Assembly (NCBI GenBank): GCA_047967505.1
Contig: CM106538.1
Strand: one strand, 5' to 3'
DNA from: Dipteris shenzhenensis
Lineage: Eukaryota
Length of the DNA: 64,000 bases
The notes beneath the pieces are model-generated. The model had not been told where the DNA came from. It searched no databases and worked only from the letters and a program-made list of their open reading frames with translations. This document shows, one piece after another, positions 11,403-24,500 of the stretch (positions are counted from its first letter, which is position 1; each line of letters starts with the position of its first letter). Both the position numbers and the translations under genes were made by a program.

Positions 11403-12676
11403 AATGACATTAGGCGCCAAATTCTTTTTGAATGTCATGATAGTCTGACACAGGAATTCAAAATACATATGTGCTTTTGAAAAGACAATTCTTTTGGCCT
11501 AGAATAGGTGAGGATGCCCAAGATTATGTATTGAAGTGCCAAAAATGCTAGGTCAATAAGGCTAAACTCCTTAAGGTAGGAGGTCTCCTACACCCATTGG
11601 AGATTCCATCTGACAAATGGGAAAGCATCTCCATGGATTTCATTGTGGGATTACCTAGGACACAAAGGGGGCACAACTCAGTGTGGGTAATTGTGGATCA
11701 GTTGACCAAGATGACTCATTTTATTCATGTCAATGAAGATGTTAAAACTCCAGAATTAGCTAGGCTATTTGTGGAGCATATCTATAGATTATATGGGCTA
11801 CCAGTCGGTATTGTTAATGACCGAGATGGCAAATTTAACAACCATTTTTGGAGGGCTGTGTTTATGAGGTTAGAAACTTCATTGAATATGAGCACCACAG
11901 ATCATCCACAGAGTGATGGTCAAACTGAAAGAATCAATCAAATCATTGAGGATATGCTTCAAGCATATGTAAGTAAACGGCAAACTAATTGGGAATAGTA
12001 TTTGCCCATATTAGAATTTGCATATAACAGTGCCAAACATTCAGCTACAGGTTTTAGTCCATTCATGATGATGTATGGATTTCAACCAAGAGCCCCAATG
12101 ACAGTGGGACTCAAAAAAGAGAAGGTTCAAGCAGCCAAATACTTTCTTGAAGATATGAATCAAACACTTAAGTTAGTTAAAGATAGCATAAGAAGAGCTT
12201 AGGATAGAGCATGAAGTTATGCAAACCCCCACCATAGAAAGTTGGAGTTGGAAATAAATGAGAAATTCTACCTTAAGGTACCTGAATCTTCAGAATCTCT
12301 ATAGACAAGTAAATGTTTGAAGTTGTCTCCTAGGTATTGTGGACCATTCACGATACTTAAGAGGATTGGAGAACTTGCTTACAAATTAGCCTTACCTGAG
12401 GGATGTAGAGTACATCTAGTTTTTCATGTTAGTACGCTAAAAAGAAATTAGGAGATGATGATAATCTCCTTGGAAATGAAGTCCTAGTTGAACTCATTGA
12501 ACCACACGAACCAAAAAGAATTTTAGATAAATAAGAAAAAAGAACACGACATACTATATGGCAAGAGTGTCTAGTTAAGTGGAAAGATAGACCTGAAGAG
12601 AGTTCAACATGGGAAAGGGTAGGAAATCTCCAGAGGAGGTTTCCCAATTTTGTTTTCGAGGACATAAACCATTCTT
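11403..12676 (+). pseudogene. Gypsy integrase plus chromodomain remnant
   Basis: ORFs 11597-11998 and 12002-12202; [10 protein letters not shown] (GPY/F motif); chromodomain at ~12510-12650. Confidence 0.9.
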
Positions 12677-15163
12677 AAGGGGAAGGGAATGTTACGTCAA
12701 CCATATTTACATAAAGCTGAGACGGGAGACCAAGAGGGCTTGATAGTGCAACGGTGGACAATTAATGCCCAGGAAAAATAGATCTTGCATTTAGAGGGAT
12801 GCTAAGAGAGGTTAAAAGGGTAAGGACCTTGGAAATGACACTTGGCATCCCAAGGAGTCCACATGGCATGCACTGGGCATTGGGGAGACTTCTAGAGAGA
12901 AGCTCCACAAAGGAAAGGCATGAATGATCTAAAACAAAGAATATTTGCACATCTACATAGTAGGTCCTCTACTGAGAGACTCATACTTCATGGGAACGTG
13001 GGATCTAGATTATTGGACCCCGACTTTGTGGGTAGAGAGACTTGAAGTTGATGAGCGAAGGTGGGATGGTGTTGCTAGTGATGTTATCATTGTGAGGGAA
13101 GCTAGGTTTGCAAGATCTAGAAAAATAGTACCAGAGAGGAGATATTTGGGTGGTTGACAGAGATAAAGTTTTGGTCTGGAGTTAATACCCTCCCAAGATG
13201 AGCAAGCATCATTTCCAATCAAGGCTAACACTAAAGTCATGGGATGATTCACCACTTACAGGAATGACAACAATGTGGTGTCTTGTGGGTCATAGGCCCC
13301 TATCATTTGTCTCAAGAAAAAGTTGTATATATAATCAAAAGCATTGGTGATGGAAGGGATGGAAATTACATTGAGTGTATTACCATGGACATCTAAGATC
13401 TGCAAAGAGGAAGAAGAGAACCTCGAAGGTATTTGGCCTGATATGAGCTTATTGTTGTTGAGATTGAGTTATGTGAGCAAGACTACAGAGCCTAGGAAAG
13501 GAGGGATGAGACCAGAGAAGCTGTTAACATGAAGGCAGAGGGTGGTGATGGAGATAAATGAAATCGATACAATACGAGAGGAGTGGCATTTTGATTTTTA
13601 AGCCTAATGTCGAGGAGGAAGGAGTCAGAGAAGGGAGGAGGAGGTCTGTAGATGTGGTAGCTTAGTGTTGTGACAAAGGGAGATATCTAGCCTATCGTAG
13701 GCAACAAGGCATTAAAATTGAAGCACTCAAGTAGTCATGAGACAAATGAAATAATTCGATCATATTGCAATCCACGCTGCCATAGTCAAAGAAGAAGCAA
13801 AATCGGTAAGGGAAAGGTTGGAGGCAATTGAAGCTATCATGCATTTGAAGCTCAATAAAGACCAATTGCTAGCCTAAGGGCCCACTCAAAAATCCATAGG
13901 GTGGTTTGAAGCTATCCTAAATTGAGGGTTGAATCAAGTAAAAGGCACACAAGCATAAGGTGAACTCAAGTGAAGCCAAGAATGTGGACCCAAAAGGAGC
14001 ACTATTGACGTGGTGCAATGACAACATTCATTCCTCCTTGAAGCTCAACAAAGTGTCAGGCATGCAAACATACAAACTTAGAAGTTTCCTTTCTTCCATG
14101 TGGGGCTGGCCATCTATTAAAGCACGTACCAAAATAAGAGGTGCTTTCCATGCTTAAGAGAATATTGCATGAGTGGAGAAGAGGCGCATGGAGTTGGGAG
14201 GAATTGGAAAGCTACGTATTGATGAAGACGCACATAGAGCAGGAAGGATTTGGAAGCTATGGGTTGGGCATCCATGAACTTGCTTGAATGCAAAAAGAGA
14301 GGATGAAATGTCATTGCTAAAGTACACAGCAACACCATAGAGTTTAATAAAGATGAAGGCAATGCTCTCCTCTCTGTAACTTGCAACTCCAATCTGCGCT
14401 TAATCAAACATTCTCCAAATTGACTGCCAAATACTGCAACTTGTGATTGCAAGCTGGGCTTAGGCAAATTGGAAATTGAACAAAATAAGAGGACCAATTT
14501 AGAAGCTTCATATGGCCCAAAAAGGATGAATGAAGCAGTGGATCTGTACATGGGCAACACCATTCCATTCATACTAGCCAAGCCATTTTGTCATAGAACT
14601 AAAACCAAAAATAGCTATGAAATATCCCGGTGCCTACTTCTTAGTCATAGAATTTCAACTGTGCTTCATGGGGAGAATCTCTAGGTTCTAGAAATTGGCT
14701 TACTCTTACATCACATGATTAGATTTGGTAGTTTAGTGTGCTCAATAGCTAGAAGATGCAGCTCAATGGCACCAAGTATAGACTCGAAATCCAACAATGC
14801 ACAAGACCTTTGGCAATACACAAGACCTTTGCCATAGTCGCATGCGTTCCTCCTCACATTCCTCTAAGTACCAGTTCTTGCAAATATATGTTACTCCATT
14901 TAATACAAAATGTATCTCTCCAAAAGAACAAGTGGTGCTTTGAGGTCATTTAAAAAAAAGGCTTCTCACATCATTTTCAAAGCTTCTAATTTAAGCAATT
15001 TCATTTAAAAAGATTCATAATCAATTTAGAACGTTTTTCAAATTGTTTTCTAATCTTTAAATAGAGCATATTTATACAAAACGCTTCATAATCAATTTTT
15101 TAAAGCTTCTTCAAAAACTACTCACGCTAAATGCTAAATCTTTATATACAACTTACTCAAAGC

Positions 15164-15346
15164 CACGAGGGATTCACTAGTAGTAATAAGGAGACGTCAC
15201 CTGCGTGCAATAAATATATAAAAATTCCCCTTATCTACCCCCTATTTATGGGACCTTACCTTATAAAATGTACCTTCCTTCCCTTATAAACCCCCCTTCC
15301 TTACACTCACGTGGTACCATACGATAAACCCTAGTGGACCCCTGGG
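15164..15346. mobile_element. Short MITE (183 bp) of the same family as 1603-2049
   Basis: 8-bp TSD CTCAAAGC at 15156-15163 and 15347-15354. Ends CACGAGGGATTCACTAG and CTAGTGGACCCCTGGG. Shares GACGTCACCTGCGTGCA and ACACTCACGTG with the first copy. Confidence 0.8.
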
Positions 15347-15493
15347 CTCAAAGCTAAGTGATAGCATCCGATAGAAATATAAGCTTCTTCAAAGGCCCTC
15401 AAAGGCCACTCACCCTAAACTTAAATCATTTCTTTAGGGGTAGGGGAACATAGATACAACTGACTCAAAGATGAGTGATGGAATATGATAAAT

Positions 15494-15624
15494 GTGTGTG
15501 TATGTGTGTGTGTGTGTGTGTGTAGTACACACACACATACATACATAATGTGTGTATGTGTGCATGCATGTGCGTGTGTGTGTGCGTGCATGTGTGTGTG
15601 TGTGTGTGTGTGTATATTGTGTGT

Positions 15625-15659
<35 letters not shown>

Positions 15660-15734
15660 CACGCACACACTGTACACACACACACAATGTACACACACAC
15701 ACGCACATGCATGTGCACATACACACATTATGTA

Positions 15735-15795
<61 letters not shown>

Positions 15796-15821
15796 ATATA
15801 TATATATATATATATATTTAT

Positions 15822-15852
<31 letters not shown>

Positions 15853-15876
15853 TATGTATTATGTGTGTGTGTGTGT
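15494..15876. repeat. Compound (TG)n/(CA)n/(TA)n microsatellite
   Basis: Directly visible alternating TG and CA blocks. Confidence 0.97.
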
Positions 15877-16957
15877 AAATATAACTACCTCTTTGCTTGG
15901 GAGTACCACCATCTTGGATTTTATAAAGTTGATTCCATAGAGAGTTGTTGCACTTGATGGTCCACATCAAGTCCTACCAAGTCCTTGTATTTTCTTGGGT
16001 TTTAGACAACATACGAATTGGGAAGTTTTGGTTCGACCTTCAAATGACAATGATAGCGACAGTTTTTGGAGGCTCACATGAGGGCCATTGCATGACAATA
16101 AGTATCCTAATGACTAGGGCATCTTAGATTTGCAAAAGTCTTTTCATTGAAGATTTTTAATTCTTAAGTTGATTATTTTAACTTGCGTAGGTACAAGTCC
16201 TATAATTGGAAGTCTAGACTCTATAGTCTAGATGTCCCCAGTATATGCTCAAGACATCACATTTGAGATGCCTTTTTTATCAATGGGAGCTTTACGTAAA
16301 TATTGTAGAGGGGTCCCTATCTGATCCTTTGGTTAGGGGTATATGACTCTATACTTATGCCTAACATTTTTATTTCCATGTTATGCTAGAGTCTTTACGA
16401 TTTTATTTTGTGCCATTGTGTTCTTTTGGGCATCGTTGCAATGAGGCCTATGTATATATATCTCTTTATATATATAGCATACATACACATGAACATGTGT
16501 GCATGTGTATGATACACAATTATGTGTGTGCATACACACAAATATATACATATGCATAGAGTAAGTGGTTTCCACACACACATACACAGATGGATGTGCT
16601 AGTGCAAAAATACTTTCTGGCATTGTAGCTTCATTGGGATTTTATTACAAGAGGCATTGCTAGAGTTTTATTGGAATTTCATTTCAAAATTCGCTAAAAA
16701 GCATTTAAATGTCATGATTGTATGTTCAGAAACTTAGATGGGTCAGTGTTCGCGATCAGAACATGTTACGTAGACATTTTGCCAACTCACAAAACGCTTA
16801 CGTTTCTGTCCTACTTCTGATGAAGGTTTTTCGTTGATTCCCGTTTTCATTGTGTTTTGATTGGGACTCTTGTTCCATTGTGAGAAAAAACGCTGCTCGG
16901 GAAAACGGTACTTTGTCAGATTCAGGGTCGGCGATGTGTTGTAATACTTCCTTTCTT

Positions 16958-17797
16958 TTAGGCAGGAAAAGGCGATGGATAAGGAGCGTTTGCGGCCGCA
17001 TGCCCAGGTGCCCAGAATACATTTTGACCGAACTTCCTGGGCCGAGATCTTTCGGCCGTTTTACACAACCCTTGCAAATCTACACCTGCGCGCAATTCGA
17101 ATGGTTCCGGTACGGGAAAAAGAAGCGTTAGCAGCAGATCCATGTCCAGCAAAATACCTCAAAGCCTCTAGCAAAAGCGAGCTCTTTAGTTGTCCATAAC
17201 GGAAGTACCTTCTCCAGCAGCCAGCTTAGTAAGTAGATCAACTATATTAGGACAATTATCTTGACAGGAAGGCGAGCAAATCATTTGTTGTAGGTCACGC
17301 TCCCCTATAAAATCAGTAGAAAGTCCGATTGACATTCTGTTCAGTCCACAAGATCTGATGCATGCGGCGGTCTCAATCCAGTCATTAAAGATATCCGTGA
17401 TGACTTTTGATGTCTGCACAAATTGGTTTCAGATCTTATGTTAAAAGCACATTTTCTTCCTTTTGCCTCGATAAGAAATGAGAAACCTGTCTTTGAATGG
17501 AGCAGGCCGCCTACCTGACACTCAAGTTCGATGTGACCGTCTCTCATTATGTTAGTCTCAAGAACGCAGCGGAGCCCGGAAGATGAAACCGCAAAAGCGC
17601 AATCCTCTAACGGCAGCTCTTCGCATTCGAATTTAGCTGCACTAGGTAGTGCAATTTAGTAAAACAAAATAATCGGTATGAAACGGCGGATGATGGGCGC
17701 GAGGTGGAGGGTGACCGTGGTACTCACCAGCAATCGCAGAGCCGAGGCCAATGAGGATGAAAACGCAACCAAACAGAAAGTTTCTAGATTGATCCAT
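16958..17797 (-). CDS. PAR1: PAR1 (photoassimilate-responsive) family secreted cysteine-rich protein, 174 aa, 4 exons
   Basis: Exons 17797-17728, 17636-17515, 17413-17209 and 17085-16958; all GT-AG with consistent phases (525 nt). Signal-peptide-like MDQSRNFLFGCVFILIGLGSAIA. Family motifs CEELPLEDCAFAVSSSGLRCVLE, WIETAACIRSCGLNR, CPNIVDL…LAAGEGVDL..LC. Confidence 0.92.
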
Positions 17798-18682
17798 TCG
17801 ATCAGCAGTCTCCAAGACTAGAACGGAACCCGCGAGATACACAAATCAAGTGAGTCTTCGCAGGCAACCGGGCTGCATCACGCTATATTTAGAGGAAGTT
17901 AACAGCATTTCATGTTCCAAGCAATCCGCATCGATGGTTTTATTGCGTAATATCATCGGTATATTGTCCGAGCAAACGCAGACAAACGAAAGAGCTCGAA
18001 CTAGGCAGAGGTAAACTCACCAGAAAGAAGGGGAGAGAGAGAAAGAGGTCTGAGGGAGAGAAGAATGTCAGCTGAAAGCAGATGGCGGTTGGCCGGTAAT
18101 TCATCGGAACTGAGTCCTTCACACACGGTCCCTAGACTCGATGAAATAAATTACGATCCTCCACGAGTTCACGGATTCAACCCTTCAAATGCTAGGTCAT
18201 CAGTCACTAATGTTGAAATAGACACCCAAGACAAGACAATCACAACCTATAGTAGATTGGTACTATCCTCATTTGATCTTAAAATGGTATGCAATCTTTG
18301 GGAACAACCTTCAAAATCGGCAACATTCCGCAAGATTTTCATCACAATAAAAAACGCAAGCTAGTCTTGCAATCCCAAATGTTAGTATCATTGGAGTGGC
18401 ACTCTATTAAAAGGGATTAAAAAGTATTTTTAGAAGACGTGTGACCTCAAATGAGACCTCACTTACTTTCCATGGCTCCAATCATGGAGGGCATTTTTAT
18501 GGACAAGTGACAAGTGATAAAACGGCTTCAGCACAAAGTGAAGCCCTTTCACCTTTCTTTGACAAAATGACAATATAATTTTGACAATAATAAAATAACC
18601 TCAAAACTTGGTGGCCTATATATATGACATACAAAGGGCACCATCCCAAGCTGAGCAATAGGAGACCTACACTGAAGTCTTA

Positions 18683-18907
18683 GAACAAGAAATGGTAAAA
18701 ATGGTAAGATAAATCTCAAATTTAATCTCCATGCTGAGGATTACCAGAATTCGAGCGATTGCGTTCGAGCGAGGATTACCAGAATTCGAGCGATTGCATT
18801 CGAGCGATTGCGTTCGAACAAGAAATGGTAAAAATGGTAAGACAAATCTCAAATTTAATCTCCATGCTGAGGATTACCAGAATTCGAGCGATTGCGTTCG
18901 AGCGATT
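18683..18907. repeat. Tandem duplication (~133-bp period) with internal TTCGAGCGATTGC subrepeats
   Basis: GAACAAGAAATGGTAAAAATGGTAAG… at 18683 and 18816. Confidence 0.9.
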
Positions 18908-19418
18908 GGAATGATGTGAATGAATACATTTATCATGTTAAAGTGTCAAAATTCTAGATATTTAGAAAGTTTATACTTATCTTTGTTTCATGAGAGTCGT
19001 ACCTTATCAAACTCTATATTTAATTATGACCATGGATTTTTCTCATATAGAGTCTGGGTCCTTGGTTTCCTCCCTCCATCCTAGAGGTGTATACATGGTC
19101 AAGGACATATGAAGGTGATCCATATTTAGTTAGCATCATCATGGTCATAAGGTGATCAATAATTTATTAGTTCCATAGTTTAAACATTTTATTCATGTGA
19201 TCATTTTGTGTACAAAATGGATCAAATCATGTCGGTAGCATAAAAATCGATTAGCTACAAATAGTTGTTTGTTAGAGATTTTGCTAGGAGGAGCTTCTAT
19301 ATCATCGGTTGGACTATTGTTGCCATGTATGTAACTCCATAAAATAAAGAAACCTGTTCAACTCACGTGCTACCTTACATGATTTTGAGTGATCGCCTCG
19401 AGGTGTAGACATTGCAAC

Positions 19419-19602
19419 ATTTTTCCTTTTGTATCTATTGAATGATTGCTAACTTGCATGTATTTATTATTTATCGAAGAATAGGTTTTCTCTTTGTATG
19501 TTGCCAAGAATTTTCCCTTTGGTATTCATTGAATGATTGCTGACTTGCATGGATTTATGAGTTATCCAATAGTAAGTTTAATCTTTGTAAGTTGCCAAGA
19601 AT
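19419..19602. repeat. Diverged ~91-bp tandem duplication
   Basis: ATTGAATGATTGCT.ACTTGCATG…GTTGCCAAGAAT occurs twice. Confidence 0.8.
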
Positions 19603-20115
19603 CATACAAAAAATAATTTAAAACAATCTGTGATAGTGTCATGTAGATTCAACCATTTTTACTAAAAATTTATTGCTCCTACAAGTTTAGACAAAGTTCC
19701 TCATAAGTGTCCTCGAACTTTGGGCTCACTTGAATGCAGTCGCTCGATGTTTTAACTTACCCTCACTGCCTAGGCAACAAGTTTATCAACATTTTCAAAA
19801 AACCTCATCACCATCTATCATCACTTGAATACCAAGCTCAACAGATGCAACAAATGTTAGAACTATTCACAAGTTTGGCCAAGAGATAGATCACCAACTC
19901 ATAGTGGACATCTAAATCTAACTCCAAGGGGTCACCTTGATATATATCTGGGCAAGAGCTTGAAGCAATGTCCATGAATCAAGCTCTCCAAGCAAAGGAA
20001 AGAGTATTCCTTAAGGCCACTCCAATCTTCAACAGAGTCCAGTATGGCTTACAAAATCCATTCATGCTCAAGTATTGCACCGCCTACACACGTACACCCA
20101 TCGCTTAACATCCTT

Positions 20116-20286
20116 TGTGTTTAGAAAACAAAGGAACTTGTGAAAGTCTAGAGCTCTCATACTCATCCATTAAAAAAGTAGACCTTCAGGACTGTCATGA
20201 CCCGGTGTGTTTAGAAAACAAAGGAACTTGTGAAAGTCTAGCTCATACTCATCCATAAAAAAAGTAGACCTTATGACTATCATGAC
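20116..20286. repeat. ~90-bp tandem duplication
   Basis: TGTGTTTAGAAAACAAAGGAACTTGTGAAAGTCTAG…AAAAAAGTAGACCTT occurs twice. Confidence 0.88.
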
Positions 20287-21049
20287 AAGCTTGGAAAGTT
20301 GCAAAACACTAACAAACTGCACTTTTTATATTGAGGAACTCAAGCCTTGGAGGTATGCTCTGGTACCAATGCATGCATTTCTTCTAAAAGCGTGGATCAG
20401 TCTTTAATTCAAGCACCTTAAGAGTGCCTATGCCTTCATACCTTTAGTATAAGCGGGAAATGTACAAAACTACAATCCCAAAAAGTACTAATGTCAAAGC
20501 TAGAACTCTGATTTCTCCCCCAAATAAATGAGGCAATGATGAACCAATCATCAAATTCCTATTGCATCGCACCATCATACTTTACCAAGTGCTCATTGTG
20601 GTCCTACAACTAAAGATCATCAAGTCAAAGGACGTGCACAAATCCAATGGAAGTAGTTCTAGCTCAAAATGCTATCTGCCCAACTCACCATGCATTAGGA
20701 ATGATCCATGGGTGAAGAAAGATATGATAGGACATGCACTCTCCAAACTCTCTCTAGGAGAGATATCCTAATGCAATTCCCCTACAATTTCTACATGTAG
20801 AGAGCTTAAATCATATGATTCCTACATGTAAAATCTACATATGATTCATACATTATCAAATTAAGAACTTTACATATGATCGTTCACAAGAAATCAATGG
20901 CTTTACATATGATTGTTCACAAATTAATGACTTTGCATAGTATTACTGCATACCAAATTGGCAACTTTGGATATGATTGTTCATAAGAAATCAATGATTT
21001 ATTATCCATCAACTAATGAACAAGTAAAAAGTTCCAACAAAACTTTACT

Positions 21050-21570
21050 CAAACAACTTGAGAGAAAAAAATACATTCAAATTAGAAGCTTCATTCTACA
21101 TTATTGGCATTCAAAATAGCCTTCAAGGTGACCACAGGCATGACACCATTCAAGGCATCTGACCATAGGCATGACGAGTTCATAATATATAATCTTGAAG
21201 TTGTAGACCTATGGAGTTCATAGTACCAAGTCTCAAGGTGGCTGTGCAATACAAATTATCCCCTAAAGAGTCTCCAAATGATAGATTGGAAAAACTTTTG
21301 CAACTTGAGTAAGATAGAATACAAAGTTCTCTTATTTTCATATAATTCAGAGATGCAGCTAGGCATGGGCATATAGAAATATCAAGTTCAATTTATTCCA
21401 AAAAAGTGGTTTTTTTCGTTATGTATAATTCAAATTTGGGTCTTCACCTAGGTAAAGGTATGATCCCCTCCATTTTAGATTATTGTTGTTTTGGAGGAAG
21501 GTACATTCAAAGTTTTTAGTTTGCATGGTAATGCATTTGATAAACCCATTAATGATTTTCACTTGAAAGA
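21050..21570 (+). pseudogene. Heavily decayed Ty3/gypsy (non-chromoviral) integrase C-terminal remnant
   Basis: Piecewise translation: KLHSTLLAFKIAFKVTTGMTPFK, RLEKLLQLE.DR, YNSNLGLHLGK, GTFKVFSLHGNAFDKPINDFHLK. Confidence 0.65.
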
Positions 21571-24500
21571 TAAGATGTATGGGACCTATGCTTGAAATAG
21601 GCCAACTGTCAATTTTATTTGATTGGATCAAGATCTTCAATCCAAGTAGTTGTAACTTCCGATCTATAAAAGGAGGCTAGTAAACTTACATTTTTGTATG
21701 TCAAATGTCATTCATTATAATTGTCCATTCAATTTGCTCTATCAAGTACTCATTATGTTCTATCATTCGAACATTGTAACCTAGTGGCCCCACCATAAGC
21801 TTGCATCTCATGTCTTCACTACACATAGTAACTAGAAAGACCATACAACAGAATACAACTTTTATAGTTGGTAGAAGTCTATAGAAAATCATGCCAATTG
21901 CCAAAGCATCTTCATCTTCCACAACATCAAATGGTTCTAATTTAGATGCCAGCATCAAACCTCATCAACTCAAAAGTATTCCCCTTTCAAGATTTTTGGA
22001 TCTTCATGGATCTTGATGTTTTGGGAAATCGGTTAAGGATTTGTCAAATTGGGTTGTTGGAATATGCTCAATGCCATGGGAACACTGGTGTGCAAATTTT
22101 TTTATCAACAGTAAGAGAGAAATCTTTCTTCACATGAGACATCATATAAATACTACATGATGAAAAATGCTGAAAATCCACATCATCGTACTCCATCAGC
22201 ATGGTTTTTTCAGAGAGTTTTATTTTTTATTGTCTATACATCAAAGGACAACTATGTGCTTCTGCATACTATAGAATAGGGTCACAAACTAAGATGGGCT
22301 AGTTATGTGTATTCCAAGATAATGGGAGAAGTATTAAAAAGGACAAGAGGAAATCTCCACAAATCTCAACCTATCCCTTTTTTCATGCCTTACTTGAGCA
22401 ACAATCAACTACTACTTTTGTTCCGACTGCCCTAATGAAAGTCACACTTGTAGTAGGTACCTTAGGTGATGAGCCACCCCCTAAATTAGATCCAATGTTA
22501 GTATTCTAAGATTTATTAGAGAAGTAGTCAACCATTTTTCTAGAAGCTCATTGATTATGAAATTGTAGTCCACACTGATTTTGAGTTCAAATATAATATC
22601 TACAATGCCTTCACCTTCTTAAATAGCAAGCCATAAGGTTGCTAAGTTAAATTTCGCAAAACAAAAAAGAAATTTACAATCTCCTCTATCTAATGGAGTT
22701 GTAAGCAACATAGGCATTGGGTATGAACAAGCCTTGCCCTTTCTTCATTAAACAATTATATGCAGTAGCAACTCACAAAGGAAGAAAAAATAGAAGTGCA
22801 AAAGAAAGATTGGAGTAGCAGGCCAAACAACAATAGATAGAGTTCAATACACTAAAAGCCATGGTTATTCAATTATAAGATACCCTTGAAGAACAACCTA
22901 AACAACATCTAAGACAAACAACTAAATTGACACACAAACTCTCTAAGAAATCCAATGTTTACAGTTTAATAAAGGTTTGGTTGAATGAAATGCAAGCAAA
23001 ATTTTTTGTACAATTGTCTTAGTTGTACATTTCCAATAATTCATTACAAGAAAAAAGTATACTTTCATCTCAGTAGCTCTCAACTTTACAAAAGATGTAC
23101 AAATACAAATTCATGTTTTAGCTGACACCCATGAAATTGTGTAGATAGTGTGTTTTTCACCAATGTTGAGCTCCAAGTTATGAAAAATGCATCAATTGAT
23201 ATAAATAGGTAAAGAAGTATGGGACAAAATTACAACTAGATTGTTTCAATTTGAAACTACAAATTGTCCATATTAAGTGTATGCAACACATGAGCCAAAG
23301 GTTTGAAAATGTACCTTGTATGCCTTTAATTGGAAATTCCAAATACCTTAAGAAAACTTGCTCTCCACACTTCAAAAGTTAAACAATACAAGTTTTCTAG
23401 CCACTGCCTTAGAGGACAAAGTTATGGTGTTTCATGAGATGAGACTTTAAGATTTTGATTGCAAATTTTGTTTACCTTAAGAAAACTTACTCTCCAGTCT
23501 GCAAAACTCAAAACCACATATTTTGGAGTTGAAGAGGTGGATGTTTGCACACATGTCCTTAAGAAGATTTTTTTGTCTTAACTTCATGTGGAAGAAATTT
23601 TGCCGCGCATGTTTGAATTGTTTTGAAAACCCAAATCTTCTTCCTAGCACCATCATTCTTCCCTAACACCACTCAAATTTCTAGGTCCTCTAGTGCCAAG
23701 AGCTCCACTCATAGTGGTGATCATTGTGTTGTTCACCGATTATTCTTGATCTTGATCAGGTAGTCAAAAGAGACCCTTCTATATCTTGAAATTTCATTGA
23801 TAGCTTCCCATGCCCAAGGAGGTTGATTGAGAAAATGAAAATGAAAATAGTTGTAATTGGCTTGGGTTGCTTAGAACCTCCATTTTTGCAAAGTGTTTTA
23901 GCAAAAATAGCAAGGTTAGACCTTTTGGAAAGGGATTTAACCTAACTTTTTTTAGAAGTATCCTTTAAAAATATGGAAAAAAAAATTTTAATCTTAATTA
24001 TAGAAAATAATTGTATAAAAATATAATGATGGATTTAAAAGGAGGAAGGGGATCTAGTATCTAGACTCACAAGGGGAGTTTGGAGCTCCTGAGCACTTAT
24101 CTGCTAGTTTTGTGCAGCCATATATGTTTTGGGAGATTTCGTGCAGTGGGAAAAGGAACATTAATAGAATTCTCATTTCGAAGTGTCTTCTACATATAAA
24201 CTCTTAGTAAAAGGTTGGGGGTTGAATTTTGGGTGAGGAGCTTGTAATGAAAGCATTATTCATTCTCTCTCTCTGAGCCCTTTCTATTTTTGGTCTTGTT
24301 AGACTCCATGTGCAAATGCCCCTAGTGCATGTGCAGATGACATATTGTCTTGGTGAAAGAGAGTTCCCATTTTGTCACCTCCAACACTTCACCCAATTAG
24401 TGTGATTGAGATCTGCACTAGTGAGGCAGTTAGGGGAGGGATAGTGGCCATCCCTTTTTGTGCTTGCATCCAATGTTTTTGGAGCACCCGCCCAACCTGG

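Larger units (their letters stand above)
686..12689 (+). mobile_element. Decayed Ty3/gypsy chromovirus internal region (RT-RNaseH-integrase-chromodomain), split by nested insertions
   Basis: RT: KDGTMRLCIDY, FLDDILIYS. RNaseH: ETDASDFAVG, KWRNYLYG. Integrase resumes at 11403 (ECHDS…FFWP…KCQKC, WESISMDFIVGLP, HPQSDGQTERINQ), then chromodomain LVKWKDRPEESSTWE. PPT AAGGGGAAGGGAA at 12677-12689 is followed by TGTTAC (3' LTR start at 12690). Many stops and frameshifts. Confidence 0.9.

Noticed and set aside
12945-13330. Possible LINE ORF1 relic (PTLWVE…, knuckle-like GH)
   Set aside because: Too decayed to distinguish from gypsy LTR sequence.
15421-15957. Six overlapping Cys/Val/His/Thr-rich ORFs
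   Set aside because: They are translations of the TG/CA microsatellite.
19700-20800. Coding-like stretch, considered as a KDZ-type transposase
   Set aside because: No convincing motif in any frame I translated.
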